In this document: positions 25,104 through 37,981 of the stretch, piece by piece
Numbering within the stretch: position 1 is the first letter of the stretch
Layout of the letters: every line of letters starts with the position of its first letter
Assembly (NCBI GenBank): GCA_951406725.2
Contig: OX597831.1
Coordinates: 25,358,001-25,422,000 of the forward strand
Length of the DNA stretch: 64,000 nt
From: Octopus vulgaris
Lineage: Eukaryota
Direction of reading: 5' to 3'
Notes under the pieces: generated by a model
What the model was told of the DNA's origin: nothing
Databases searched by the model: none
The model's input: the letters and a program-made list of their open reading frames with translations, nothing else
Made by a program: the position numbers and the translations under genes

Positions 25104-25530
25104 TAAGGCGTTGAGCTGGCAGAATCATTAGCATGCTGTGAAGGCAGCAAGCTGGCAGAAACGTTAGCACGCCGGGCGAAATGCTTAGTGGTATTTCATC
25201 TGTCGCTACGTTCTGAGTTCAAATTCCGCCGAGGTCGACTTTGCCTTTCATTCTTTCGGGGTCGATTAAATAAGTACCAGTTACGCACTGGGGTTGATAT
25301 AATCGACTTAATCTGTTTGTCTGTCCTTGTTTGTCCTCTCTGTGTTTAGCCCCTTGTGGCCAATAAAGAAATAAGAATCTTTAGCATGCTGGGTGAAATG
25401 GTTAGCAGCATCTCATCTGTTTTTACATTCTGAGTTCAAATTTTGCTGAGGTCAACTTTGCTTTTCATCATTTTGGGGTCAAATGAAATAAGAACCAATA
25501 CTCAACTGGAGTCAATTTAATTGACTTAGC
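25104..25530 (+). mobile_element. SINE B (25141-25375) nested in SINE B with 18-bp TSD
   Basis: AGAATCATTAGCATGCTG (25121-25138) and AGAATCTTTAGCATGCTG (25374-25391). Confidence 0.85.
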
Positions 25531-26059
25531 CCATCAGACACTGATATTATCTGAAGGTTTGATGGCTGAGCTATTTTCCAGAAAAGAGCTATATAGAAGA
25601 CCTATTTTCGCACTTCTATATTTCTGTCCAAAATATCAATAAGGAATGTTTTCCCCTTTAGGAACAAGGCCCAAAATTTTGGGGGAGGGGGCCAGTTGAT
25701 TAGATTGATCCCAGTATGCAACTGGTACTTAATCCATCGACCCCGAAAGGATGAAAGGCAAAGCTGATCCTGGCAGAACTCGAACTCAGAATGTAAAAGA
25801 CAGACAAAATATTGGTTGTGATGACGTGTGTTCCAGTTGATTCAATCAATGGAACAGCTTGCTTGTGAAATTAACACGCAAGTAGATGAGCACTCCACAG
25901 GTACATGAACACTTAAAATGCAGTAATACCTCACTTTATGAGGACCTTTACTAGACTCTGGGTTTAAAAGTTTATTTTATAATTTTTCAAGCACAAGATC
26001 CAAATTTTGAACAAAGTGCAAAAGTTTCTACTACCATAACAAATTCTTACGTGGGTTAC

Positions 26060-26584
26060 TACTCTTTTACTTGTTTCAGTCATTTGACTGTGGCCATGTT
26101 GGAGCACAACCTTTAGTCAAACAAATCGACCCCAGGACTTATTCTTTGTAAGCCTAGTACTTATTCTATTGGTCTCTCTTGCTGAACTGCTAAGTTACAA
26201 GGATGTAAACACACCAGCATCAGTTGTCAAGCAATGTTGTGGTGGGGGGACGAACACAAACATATACATATACATATATACGACGGGCCTCTTTCAGACA
26301 CACAAACATATACACACACATACATACATATATCTATATTATTATGGCTGCCCCCTTGTTATCGAGTATGGCCATTGCACGAAGCTTAACTGTTACTGGT
26401 GCAATCACAGCACCAGTAACAGTTAAGCTTCGTGCAATGGCCATACTCGATAATGACACACACATATATACGATGAGCTTCTTTCAGTTTCCGTCTACCA
26501 AATCCACTCACAAGGCTTTGGTTGGTCCGAGGCTATAGTAGGAAGACTGAACCCGGAACCATGTGATTGGTAAGCAAGCTACTT
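26060..26584 (-). mobile_element. SINE family A with internal duplication and foreign palindrome insert
   Basis: Family A consensus interrupted at about 26340-26456. Confidence 0.85.
26359..26453. repeat. Perfect 44-bp palindrome with 7-nt loop
   Basis: TTATCGAGTATGGCCATTGCACGAAGCTTAACTGTTACTGGTGC-AATCACA-exact reverse complement. Confidence 0.95.
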
Positions 26585-26753
26585 GAGAAATTTATAAACC
26601 AAAAATAAAAAAGAGCTTCTCCTAAGCAAACAACTCTAGGCTTGTTTTTTATAAAGAAATCTACAGCTCCATCTATAAGTGCTTGTAAATCAGAAATTGC
26701 ATCTACAAATGATGGTATGTGCTAGTCTAATGTGAGTGAAAGTGATTCAGAAG

Positions 26754-26754
<1 letters not shown>

Positions 26755-26795
<41 letters not shown>

Positions 26796-27345
26796 GTTTA
26801 ACGTCCGCTTTCCATGCTAGCATGGGTTGGACGGTTCAACTGGGGTCTGGTGAGCCCGAAGGCTGCACCAGGCCAGTCAGATCTGGCAGTGTTTCTACAG
26901 CTGGATGCCCTTCCTAACGCCAACCACTCCGAGAGTGTAGTGGGTGATTTTATGTGCCACCGACACAGGTGCCAGACGAGGCTGGCGAATGGCCACGCTT
27001 GGATAGTGTTTTTTATGTGCCACTGACACAGGTGCCAGATGAGGCTGGCGAATGGCCACGCTTGGATAGTGTTTTTTATGTGCCACTGACACAGGTGCCA
27101 GACGAGGCTGGCGGACGGCCACGCTCGGATGGTGTTTCTTATGTGCCACTGACACAGGTGCCAGACGAGGCTGGCGAACGGCCACAATCGGATGGTGTTT
27201 GTTACGTGCCCACAGCACGGAGGCCAGTCGATGCAGTACTGGCTACGGCCACGTTCGGATGGTTTTCTTATGTGCCACCGGCACTGGTACCACAAAGATA
27301 CAAATTCCATTGATGTTCATCTATTTTGATTTGGTTTGATTTTTT
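26755..27345 (-). mobile_element. SINE-like family C with 63-bp tandem array
   Basis: ATGTGCCAC recurs at 26952, 27015, 27078 and 27141 (63-bp period); (GAT)n tail at 26755-26795. Confidence 0.9.
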
Positions 27346-27830
27346 GATGACTATAATAATAATTTTTTTTCTTATAAATAATCTTCATGTTCTTTTTATT
27401 TTGCATAAAATATTCTTTATTCTCAACTCTTGTTTTATTGCCATTTATTTATGAGTATTATAAATTTCATAGGTAAAATATTTTTCTGGAAACGGATTAT
27501 AATTTACAACATTGCTACTATCAGAAATTATTGCTCTGCTTTATGAGTTTACACTTAATGAGCAGTCTACAGGAGCAAATTAACTCATATATCAAGGCAT
27601 TACTGTAGTTTCCAGAGAGATTCTGTATGACACACTGACAAGGCCGACCCATTGAACTACAGGTATGAGGTGATATTAAAAAGTTCCTAGGCTAGTTCTG
27701 TAGCACATTAACAGATGGCAGTACACAGTTGTGTGCATAGTGAGGGCTAGCAGTGACCCCTCATGGGGCAGTGTACTGAGTGACATTACTGTGTTTACTT
27801 CGCAAGTTGTGAAATTTGTGTTTTTGAGAT

Positions 27831-28233
27831 CAGGAGTGGCTGTGTGGTAAGTAGCTTGCTTACCAACCACATGGTTCCGGGTTCGTTCCCACTGTGTGGC
27901 ACCTTGGGCAAGTGTCTTCTACTATAACCTCAGGCTGACCAAAGCCTTGTGAGTGGATTTGGTAGACGGAAGCTAAAAGAATCCCGTCGAATATATGTAT
28001 ATATGTGTGTGTGTGTGTGTCTTTGTGTGTCTGTGTTTGTCCCCCCCAACATCACTTGACAACCGATGCTGGTGTGTTTACATCCCCGTAACTTAGCGGT
28101 TCGGCAAAACAGACCGATAGAAAAAGTACTAGGCTTCCAAAGAATAAGTCCTGGGGTGGATTTGCTCGACTAAAAGGAGGTGCTCCAGCACGGCCGCAGT
28201 CAAATGACTGAAACGAAGAAAAGAGCAAAAGAG
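27831..28233 (+). mobile_element. SINE family A, full length
   Basis: Near-consensus copy; preceded by a mariner-like left end at ~27665-27830. Confidence 0.9.
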
Positions 28234-28835
28234 TATCATTTGAGGTTTTTAAAGTGTCACACAATGCAGTTTATACTCTGAACTCCTTGGGCGTGATTTG
28301 AACCTTTTTAACTACTTAACCATGGCTATGCTGTTCTATATTAACACATCCCCCACCCCCACCCAGGAGAGGCATCAACATCACACAATAACATATCTGC
28401 TCAGAAAAATAAAATGTAATATAATTACTATATAACTATTAGGTTTCACTAATTAGAAAAATAATCATTTTGTTTAAGTCTTTCATTGATGTATAGGCTG
28501 TTGCCATGTGTGTTTGCATACATTTAAATGTGTGTGTGTGTGTGATGTGTGTGTGAGTCTGTGTGTATATGTGTGCGTGTGTGTGTTTATGGTTGTTTAG
28601 TTAGTTATGATATAATTTCTGAGTGTCTGTTCACAATCACTGCAATTAGTTAGTGTGGTGGTGGAGACATAGATGATTTGAGGAGGTGTCATGGTTGATA
28701 GACAGACAGTGGTAGGGCTTTCATGATAGGGTTACTTGCAGGGTACATAATCAATCATCAATATACAATGGTCAGTACACCATGGTCATAGTAAATATGC
28801 ACACACGTATATATAATCACATGTATATATATATA

Positions 28836-28975
28836 TCATCATCATCATCATTTAACGTCCGCTTTCCATGCTAGCATGGGTTGGACGGTTCAACTGGTGT
28901 CTGGGGAGCCCGAAGGCTGCACCAGGCCAGTCAGATCTGGCAGTGTTTCTACAGCTGGATGCCCTTCCTAACGCC
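28836..28975 (-). mobile_element. SINE-like family C, 3' part
   Basis: Nearly identical to 26790-26920. Confidence 0.85.
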
Positions 28976-28989
28976 ATATATATTTATAT

Positions 28990-29243
28990 CATGTGATCAC
29001 GTGACCAACCAGGCCATCAGATGTTGCTACACATCACTGGTCACAATGCGCTTCGCATTGTTTTAGCCTTCAAATGATGCCACCCCGCTGGCTAAGCGAG
29101 CAGGCCAACAGAAGAAAGAGTGAGAGAAAGTTGTGGTGAGCCTCATGGAGCTTTTAGGTGTTATTTCGTTCAATAAACACTCACAATGCCCAGTCTGGGA
29201 ATTGAAACCACGATCCTACGACTGCGAATCCACTGCCCTAACC
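28990..29243 (-). mobile_element. tRNA-derived SINE (family D variant)
   Basis: Head shared with 57777-57900 (CAGTGGTTAGGGCAG.GGA.TC...GGTTTC.ATTCCCAGAC); different 3' tail. Confidence 0.75.
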
Positions 29244-29296
29244 ACTGAGACATTGTGCCTCCCTATATATTTATATATGTATACATATATATATAC

Positions 29297-29383
<87 letters not shown>

Positions 29384-30079
29384 TACACAAAGAGACTTGC
29401 AAACATGTATGCACAAATATGCACACAGACAAAAATATTGCTTTTCTAATTAGTAATCTGTAATGATTATATTTGAATTACATATTATTTTGCAGACAAT
29501 AGATGTCAAATTTATATGAAGAAGAAATATAATTGTTTGATGATAATGCTTTTCTGAAGTGGAGTGAAGGCAATTAATACTGTGAAGGAAATGGCAGGAC
29601 AGGATCTATACACATAGCCATAGTTAAGTGGCTCACTTCTCAACCACATGGCCGATGGTAGTAGAAGGAGTTATGGGGATTTGTATATTATAAAATCAGA
29701 GAAAATGGGGTACATGGTTCATCTGCAGTCATTTGTTATGACTTTGACTGTTCATGGCTTTGGTATGACTTAATAAGCTTTCTCTATACTGGTCATCTTT
29801 TTTCTTAGATTTGCCATTTTATTATGCTTCAATTCCTTTTCATTTCATTATTCCCTTTTGCAGAATCTTTGAATCTCAGTCTGAGTTTTTCATATTTCCT
29901 TTACCCCTTGTATTGTCAGGAGTAAAGAAGGTGTTTGGGAAGTCTGATGTTATCCATCTGTGTGTGTTCCAACCAGCACTGGATAAACCATTAAGCAGAA
30001 TAAGCACATGCCTAAGGCTTCACTGAAATGGTAAATGGTTTACGATACAAAAGAAATCACTTTAGACTTGCTAAAATAG

Positions 30080-30415
30080 CGTTCCTGCCGGTGGCACGTA
30101 AAAGGCACCATTCGAGTGTGATCATTACCAGCATCTCCTTACTGGCACTTGTGCCGGTGTGCAAGTGGCACATAAAAAATAAACACCATTTGGACGTGGC
30201 CGTTGCCAGTACCGCCTGACTGGCCCTCGTGCCAGTGGCACGTAAAAGCATCCACTACACTCTCGGAGTGGTTGGCGTTATGAAGGGCATCCAGCTGTAG
30301 AAACTCTGCCAAATCAAGATTGGAGCCTGGTGCAGCCATCTGGTTCACCAGTCCTCAGTCAAATCGTCCAACCCATGCTAGCATGGAAAGCAGACGTTAA
30401 ACGATGATGATGATG
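30080..30415 (+). mobile_element. SINE-like family C
   Basis: Close match to 8813-9270 in the opposite orientation. Confidence 0.85.
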
Positions 30416-30794
30416 TTTATATGATCAGAAATCTAATTTTGAAGTGTTCATGGTGTCATAGTGAGGATCTGATCAAAGACATTGCAATTAAAATATAAAA
30501 GAGGAAGCTTTTCAAAGTAACTTTGTTTTTGGATTTGGTGTATACAAAAACGAATATTTTCCACCTTTCTGTTAGTCTTGTATCATTTTTGAGAAATAAA
30601 AAAAATTATTTTATGGTATATTATTGCTTATATTTTCAATTACACACATATATATATATATATAGGGGCACCAAAATCTTTTAAATAATTAGAGCCTCTA
30701 TTGATCTTAATTTGTGCCTGGTTCCAACCAGAGGAAATTTCGATTAATTAGGATTTCCATCATAGGCAGCAGACCAGCATGTCATGGGATCTCT

Positions 30795-31026
30795 CATTTC
30801 TTTATTGCCCACAAGGAGCTAAACATAGAGGGGACAAACAAGGACAGACAAAGGGATTAAGTTGATTACATCGACCCCAGTGCATAACTGGTACTTAATT
30901 TATCGACCCCAAAAGGATGAAAGGCAAAGTTAACCTCAGCAGAATTTGAACTCAGAACATAACGGTAGACGAAATACCACTAAGTATTTCGCCTGGCTTG
31001 CTAACGTCTCTGCCAGCTTGCCACCT
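30795..31026 (-). mobile_element. SINE family B, full length
   Basis: Near-consensus B. Confidence 0.9.
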
Positions 31027-32749
31027 TTCTGGACAGGTACCTGACACATACACAGAAGATAAGGGATATGTGGTTGATACATGGAAAGTGGTGGGGATGC
31101 ATGGTAGATGCATAAGAAGTGGTATATTCACAGAACATGGAGATGCATGGTAGGTACATAGCAGAACAACAAAGCACTAAGGTACATGGTAACGGTACCA
31201 TCAGTAGGGGTTTGTGGTAACTACTTAGTGAGAGTACATGATAGTTGCCAATAACTTCCTTCAGTGATTGCAAGTTTTGTAATCAATTTGTGGACATGTG
31301 GTCAGGTGGTTTTCTTTGATCATAGTTGAAATTGAATCTCTGAGCAGAAGTTTAAATGCATAAAAACATCTAGGTCTGATTCCGGAAGACATTTTATTTG
31401 ATGTTCTAATAATTCTGAAAATCCATAAAGCATTTTTGTACAATGTTTTCCAGACTTTGGAAATTCACAATTCACGTTTTGAAGAATTCAGTTCACCATA
31501 TAAAAAGCACTCAGTCCACTCTGTAAGGTGGTTGGTGTTAGGAAGTTCATGGAAGCCTTGTTCAGTCTTCTGCTTAAGCCAGCCCCTGCAAAACTATCCA
31601 ACCCATGCCAGCATGGAAAAATGGACGTTAAGTGATGATGATAATCATCATCATCATGGAAGCCATTGCTGTGTATTTTGACAGCCTCATATTCACCTTC
31701 TAGTCATTTGTGCAGGTTGTCATTTTTGTCAAGGTACACTTTGACTACTTGGGTTTACCTAGAAGTGCAAAACCACATAGAATCACTGCCATGGAGATAC
31801 ACACAGACACACATGCACACACTCACAGCAAACCACTGGTCGTAAACGTCATTTAACTAGCTACAAATAACAGCTGTAAAGTAATTGGCATGAAGAAGGG
31901 CATCTAGCCATAGAAACCATGCCAAAGCTGACAACAAATGGAGCATAAAGCAGGGGCCCATCAGATCCTGTCAGACAATCCAACCCATACCAGCTTCAAG
32001 GGTTTAGACCTCTGGTTCTCAAAGTGGGCAATACTGCACCCTTAAGAGTGGTGGAGGCATGCAAGAAAATTGTAGGATGGCAAAAAGGGGGCACTGGATG
32101 TAAATAATGGGTTAATGACATTGTTTTATTTGTGAAATACAGTTCTGAATTTACTGAAGAAAGTGGTCTATGTTTGTAGTAGGGTAGGGGTAGAGGGTGC
32201 TAGGAATGTGGCCTGGGTGCCAGGGTGGGGCAGCGGCGGCCTGAACCAGTAGTTTAGACAATCAATTCAACTGCATTATTTGTTTCAACTCAGAAATTAT
32301 TTCACCAATCTCTGTAAGACAAAGCATTAAGTTTAAGGACGAAAGCAATATTGCTCACTTTTGAAATGGTGAAAATGTAAAGACAACTGTACGATGATGA
32401 GCTGAGAAGGTCTTGTAACATCATTAATAATTGAATTAAGAACACTACTGTTCTACACGAAACATCAAGGACTATTAAGAAAATAGCAAGAATCTTTAAT
32501 AAAAATGATTGAATTGGAACACAGATTCGTATTTCATGTGTATATATGCATGAGCATACACAAGCACAGACACATGTACATGCATAAGCATGCATATATA
32601 AGTGTGTATGTGTGTGTGCGTGCGCATATATTTATAGACACGCACACACATGTACACATACACACATTATATATGGATCTCTGTGTGTGTATGTGTGCAT
32701 ATCTATCTATCTCTATATATATGTATATATACACAGCATTTATATGTGC

Positions 32750-33005
32750 ACACACTATCAAATACACCAGACACATAGACACACTTAGACACACACACAC
32801 ACATATGCACACTATCAAATACACCAGACACATAGACACACATACACACTTACACACACACACATATACACACTATCAAATACACCAGACACATAGACAC
32901 ACATACACACTTACACTTACATATACACATTATCAAATACACCAGACACATAAACACACATACACACTTACACACACACACACATGTATACACAATACAC
33001 ACACG
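32750..33005. repeat. Minisatellite, ~58-bp unit x4
   Basis: CACACTATCAAATACACCAGACACATAGACACAC repeated four times within CA-rich sequence. Confidence 0.85.
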
Positions 33006-33297
33006 TGAAGTGTTTTTCTCTTATTACATCCCTCATTTGGAAATTAGTAAAAACCCCTCAGAGTGAATTTATTTATTTATTTATATATTTGTATTGATTT
33101 TTTTGTTGTATCGATTTTTTTGTTGTATACATTTTTAATTTGAGTTTTGCACAGTTTACTCTTAAATGAATGAGATGGATTGTTCTTGAGGACATGTTTA
33201 TCAATTTGATAACATCAACATCACCTGACCATTGTCAACCCACAAAATTTTCATCATTTTCATCACCATAATTTCTACTGCCTCCACTGCTATCATT

Positions 33298-33337
<40 letters not shown>

Positions 33338-33848
33338 CTATGTTACACTACAACTATCACGATAACATTTATCTGTAAGTATTTATACCATTGATAAGTT
33401 TTATTTCAAGATTTCTTGCCAATAGAGAAAGAGCCGGTTTCTAACCTAGATTCAAGGCTCCTTGAATCTAGAATTTCAATATCCTGGAATTTGAATATCA
33501 GCAACAGGATATTTTTGTTTGTTTCCATGTATATATGTATGTATATGTGCAGATTTGCATGTTTGGCTTTTAGTATTCTCATGCATATAGTTACATATCT
33601 TGACATGCTCATGTATGTATACATGCATGTCTCTTTTTATCTATCTATCTATCTATCTATCTATACATATATATATATATATATGTATATATGTACATAA
33701 ATATATATAAATATAAATATATATATACATATATATATATATGTATATAAATGTATATAAATATAAATATATATATACATATATATATATGTATATAAAT
33801 ATATATAAATATAAATATATATATACATATATATAAATATAAATATAT

Positions 33849-33911
<63 letters not shown>

Positions 33912-33914
<3 letters not shown>

Positions 33915-34281
33915 ATATATAAACGGCAGTTTGTCTGTGCGTGTTTCTGTGTGTCTGTTTGCTTGTACCCTCACTCTGACCACAGCTTTCAACCGATTCT
34001 GATGAAACTTGACACACACATAGCCCAATGTCATAATTCAAAACTAACGCAGCGAAAATTTTGAAAAGTTCCCCCAGTTCAGAAAAAGATCGATAAATTC
34101 GACATGGGGTCGACAATCAGAAACACAAACCACAGATGGTGTAGGGGACGCAACTCGGCCTTTTTAACTGTCAAAAAAAAATTTACCATCATTTTTTTCC
34201 CATTTTTTGGCTATAACTCTCTAAAAGTGCTTTATAGTTATTTCCCTTACAAACCCGAGCAACGCCGGGCAATACTGCTAG
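33912..34281 (+). mobile_element. Non-autonomous Helitron
   Basis: A|TCTATATATAAA start; CCCGAGCAACGCCGGG hairpin (34254-34269) then AATACTGCTAG|T. Canonical A|T insertion, no TSD. Confidence 0.85.
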
Positions 34282-34289
34282 TATATATA

Positions 34290-34735
34290 TACAATGCTAA
34301 ATTTTGACATTGTAAGCTACACCAATGCTAGAACGGGACGACACTGCCTGGTGCCAAAGATCCCAGCAATGCCATCACGCTTCAGGACCAGCTTCTGCAA
34401 CAGCCTGGGTTTCAAGGGCCCACAGCTTTTTAATATTCTCCCAAAGAGTCTGAGGAACTTGCACAAAGTAGATGTAGCGGTTTGTAAATCAAAGCTGGAC
34501 ATCTTCCTGTCAAGAGTCCCAGAAGCTGGTCCTGAAGCGTGATGGCATTGCTGGGATCTTTGGCACCAGGCAGTGTCATCCCGGCAAGCAGTGCAAATGT
34601 GAGTAGCTATATCAAACTCCATTCTTCACCAAGTGCCACATATTAGACGAGGTTCTTCGTAATAACAGTGTAGCACAAAACAGCAGTGCATCAGCATGGC
34701 CACAGCTCTGAGCTGAAACTAGAGGAAAAAAAAAT
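34290..34735 (+). mobile_element. 5'-truncated LINE 3' end (CR1/L2 group) with internal inverted replacement
   Basis: SLGFKGPQLFNILPKSLRN...KSKLDIFLSRVP resembles the post-RT C-terminus of these LINEs; 3' UTR ends CAGCTCTGAGCTGAAACTAGAGG(A)n. Confidence 0.75.
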
Positions 34736-34767
34736 ATGTATATAAATATATATAAATATAATATATA

Positions 34768-34803
<36 letters not shown>

Positions 34804-35845
34804 CATGCATACATATATATATAAGTATGGAACTTATTGACTCCTTTTCTACATAATGATATTGGCTACTTCTCAGTTGACATTACAGTCTCAATTCCTT
34901 TCTTGCTAAAATTTTGGTATTCATTTTACCTTAAAGTTTCTCAGTACCAGGCTCTATGCCTGAAGATGAAATTTCCTCTCTAATTCTTTGGAAGATCCAG
35001 CCATGAGAAAAACGATACTGACATATAGAAGTTAAACATAGACAGCTAAACTTAAACTTCTCTGTAATGGTCTACAAAATTATCATAAACAGCAATTGGT
35101 TAAGAAACAAGCCTTGATGAACGCCTATCTATCTGTTAATCCCTTCACTTAACTCATTACACGCGCTCTCTCTTTCTCTCTCTCACTCTCTCTCCGTTGA
35201 ACACAAAACCTTTACATGGCGTGCACAGCTTTTGAAGCCATTCATCTACATCGGATTTTCTTAGTGACTACCAGCTTAGAAAAACTAAGGATTTTGACAA
35301 AAAAAAATGAAAGAAAAACAGAAAGAATATAGCTCACTTTTTGACAAAACTGAATTAAAGATTATATCAGGAACATATGGTCAAGATAATCCTATAATAA
35401 TTGATAATCAAACTGTCACAGTGGTGAATGAATTTCTATCTTAGAAGTATTATAACAAATCAATATGATGACAGCAAAAAGATAAAAAGAGATATTTGTT
35501 ATAGCAATATATAGCTGCTCTTCTTAAAACCATATTTGTGAAAATCCATCAATAAGTAAAAAGGCCAGGTTGAAATTCCTGCACACTTTGATATTTCAAA
35601 TATCAATCTATGGATTTGAATGTTGGGTTAAAAAAAAATATATATATACAGCTGTTTGAAAAGAGAATTTTCTAATTTTGGTGTTGTAAGTAAGAGAAAG
35701 CCAAGATTTTGCTGGACAGACAAAAAAAAAAAAAAGGACAAATCACTTTGTGCTGACCGATTTGGAATTGAGTAGAGACTTGTAAAAAGAACTGGATAAA
35801 CAAAAATCTTAGACATCTTAAGTTTGAGCATTGCTATAAAGGTAA

Positions 35846-36315
35846 GTGGAGGTGCATGGCTTTGTGGTTAGGGTGTCAGCACCATGATCGTAAAATTGTG
35901 GTTTCAATTCCTGGACTGGGAGACGTGTTGCTCCAGTCCACTCAGCTGGCAAAAATGAGTAACACTGCAATGGACTGGGGTCCTGTCCAACTGGAGAACA
36001 CATACGCCATAGAAACCGGGCCCATGAGCCTGGCTAGACTTTAAAAAGGCACATTTGTGGGAACGCGTAGCTTAGTAGTTAGGGTGTAAGCATCATGATC
36101 GTAAGATTGTGGTTTCAATTCCTGGACCGGGCGACGCGTTGTGTTCTTGAGCAAAACACTTCATTTCATGTTGCTCCAGTCCACTCACCTGGCAAAAATG
36201 AGTAGTCTTGTGATGGACCAGCATCTCATCCAGCTGGGTAACACATACGCCATAGAAACCGGGAAACCAGGCCCATGAGCCTAGCTAGGCTTTGAAAGGG
36301 CGCATTTATTTTTTA
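35846..36315 (+). mobile_element. Two head-to-tail family D tRNA-SINEs
   Basis: Units 35846-36056 (internally deleted) and 36057-36315; box A/B, GTTCTTGAGCAAAACACTT core in the second unit, GGCCCATGAGCCT.GCTAG.CTTT tail. Confidence 0.85.
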
Positions 36316-37275
36316 TTTATTATTGCTATAAAGGAAGATGACATACAATAATTGTTGGGTGTTGGAAAAAGTTCAAGAGGAAGACATATAACAAAAAACT
36401 GTTGTGATTTTGGAGATAACAGAATTGAAGATGTCACAATTTATAAAAACAGCTGAAAATAGAGACAAATGGAGAAGAAATATTAACTGAGCTACACACA
36501 CACTCCTAGGGTTGGTGGTTGCAAAATGATACCACCACTACCACCACCACCACCACCACCACCACTACCACCACCATCACCACCACCACCACCACCACCA
36601 CCACTACCACTGCCATAGCCGACGACACCAATGACAACAACAACATATCAATTCAGGTATTGATTACTATAGTTGATGGGTCTTTCTGGTTTTTTAAGGC
36701 ACACCGGCTGATTGGTCGCACTTCAATTTTGGCAGCCCAATTCTTGAACAACCACTTGCCAATACTCGAAGCCTTGGTCTTTTGTTTATAAGAGCCAGGT
36801 TGATTTTCTTTGGATATTTATTTTGTAAAGAAAGATAGCCTCATGAACTAAAGAATACATTGATTTAAAGCATTTTTTTCTTTCTTAGTAGCTGTAATGA
36901 TAATCATGATAATATAAATAACTATAATTATGATTGTATGGTATCATAATGTGCATATATGTATATGTGTGTATATATACATTTACAATTATATATATAT
37001 ATAGATAATATCGTGATTTTGTTTATTTATTCACACACATCTGCTTGTATGTGTGTGTGAATAAATGTATGTATGTATGTATATATATAAGTGTGTGCAT
37101 ATACATATGTATGTATATATATATTTCCTGAGCATCCAATAATACTATATTTGTTCCACGTCCTCGCATTGTTGTGTTTTTTTGTGCTTTCTTGTTTGGA
37201 TTAACTTTATATATCTGTATATATATATGTATGTATGTATATGTATGTAAGTTTATATATGTATATATATGTATG

Positions 37276-37312
<37 letters not shown>

Positions 37313-37343
37313 GTATATATATATATATATATATATACATACA

Positions 37344-37378
<35 letters not shown>

Positions 37379-37981
37379 GTGTGCATGTGCATGAGTGTGT
37401 GTGTATATATATGTGTGTGTGTTTTTGTGTGTTTGTGTGTACATGTGTATGTATATAGTATATCATGAAGAAAATCTTCCAGAAGCTTTGTCTTTCATTT
37501 TGTCATCACTTTCTTCATTGTCAATGCTGTCATCGCCAGTCGTTTGCTATCTCCAGCATTTTTCTTATCATCATCATCATCATCTTCAGCCCTAGCAGCA
37601 GCAGCAGCAACAATGTTGTACTTCTCTTTCTCCTTCCTTTCAGACTCTCTAGTTTCCTTCTTATATATCACCATCGACTTCATACACCTCTCCTTATCAT
37701 CATCATCATCATCATCCCCTCTACACAACTACCACCACCACCACCACCATCAACACCATCATCACTATCATTACCACCACCATCACCACAAAACCGACAA
37801 TACTACAATAACAACCATTATACCTTTGCTATGACTGCCCAGATATATTGATGGCTTACAGCTTCTTCTCATTTTCTGTGTTAGAATCATTTCAAGAAGT
37901 TGTTGGCCTTCTTTTCTTCCTATTCTTCTTCATAGTATTATTATTATTAGTTATATTTTTATTATTATGATACTTGTAGTA

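Noticed and set aside
26798-27313. Repeat-containing ORFs of 107-170 aa
   Set aside because: They arise from the 63-bp (multiple of 3) tandem unit of family C and are open in several frames on both strands.
32182-32230. Potential G-quadruplex (six GGG runs)
   Set aside because: One long loop splits the runs 3+3, and it lies in a probable decayed hAT-like repeat; no functional context.
34955-35050. CTGAAGA…AAACATAGACAGC hammerhead-like remnant
   Set aside because: No intact GAAA, palindrome or convincing stem II.
35846-35920. tRNA genes at box A/B motifs
   Set aside because: No full cloverleaf; each continues into a SINE body, so these are SINE heads.
36690-36800. Possible promoter (reverse CCAAT GCTGATTGGTC, TATAAGAG) or short minus-strand ORF
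   Set aside because: Short motifs are expected by chance, and there is no downstream exon evidence.
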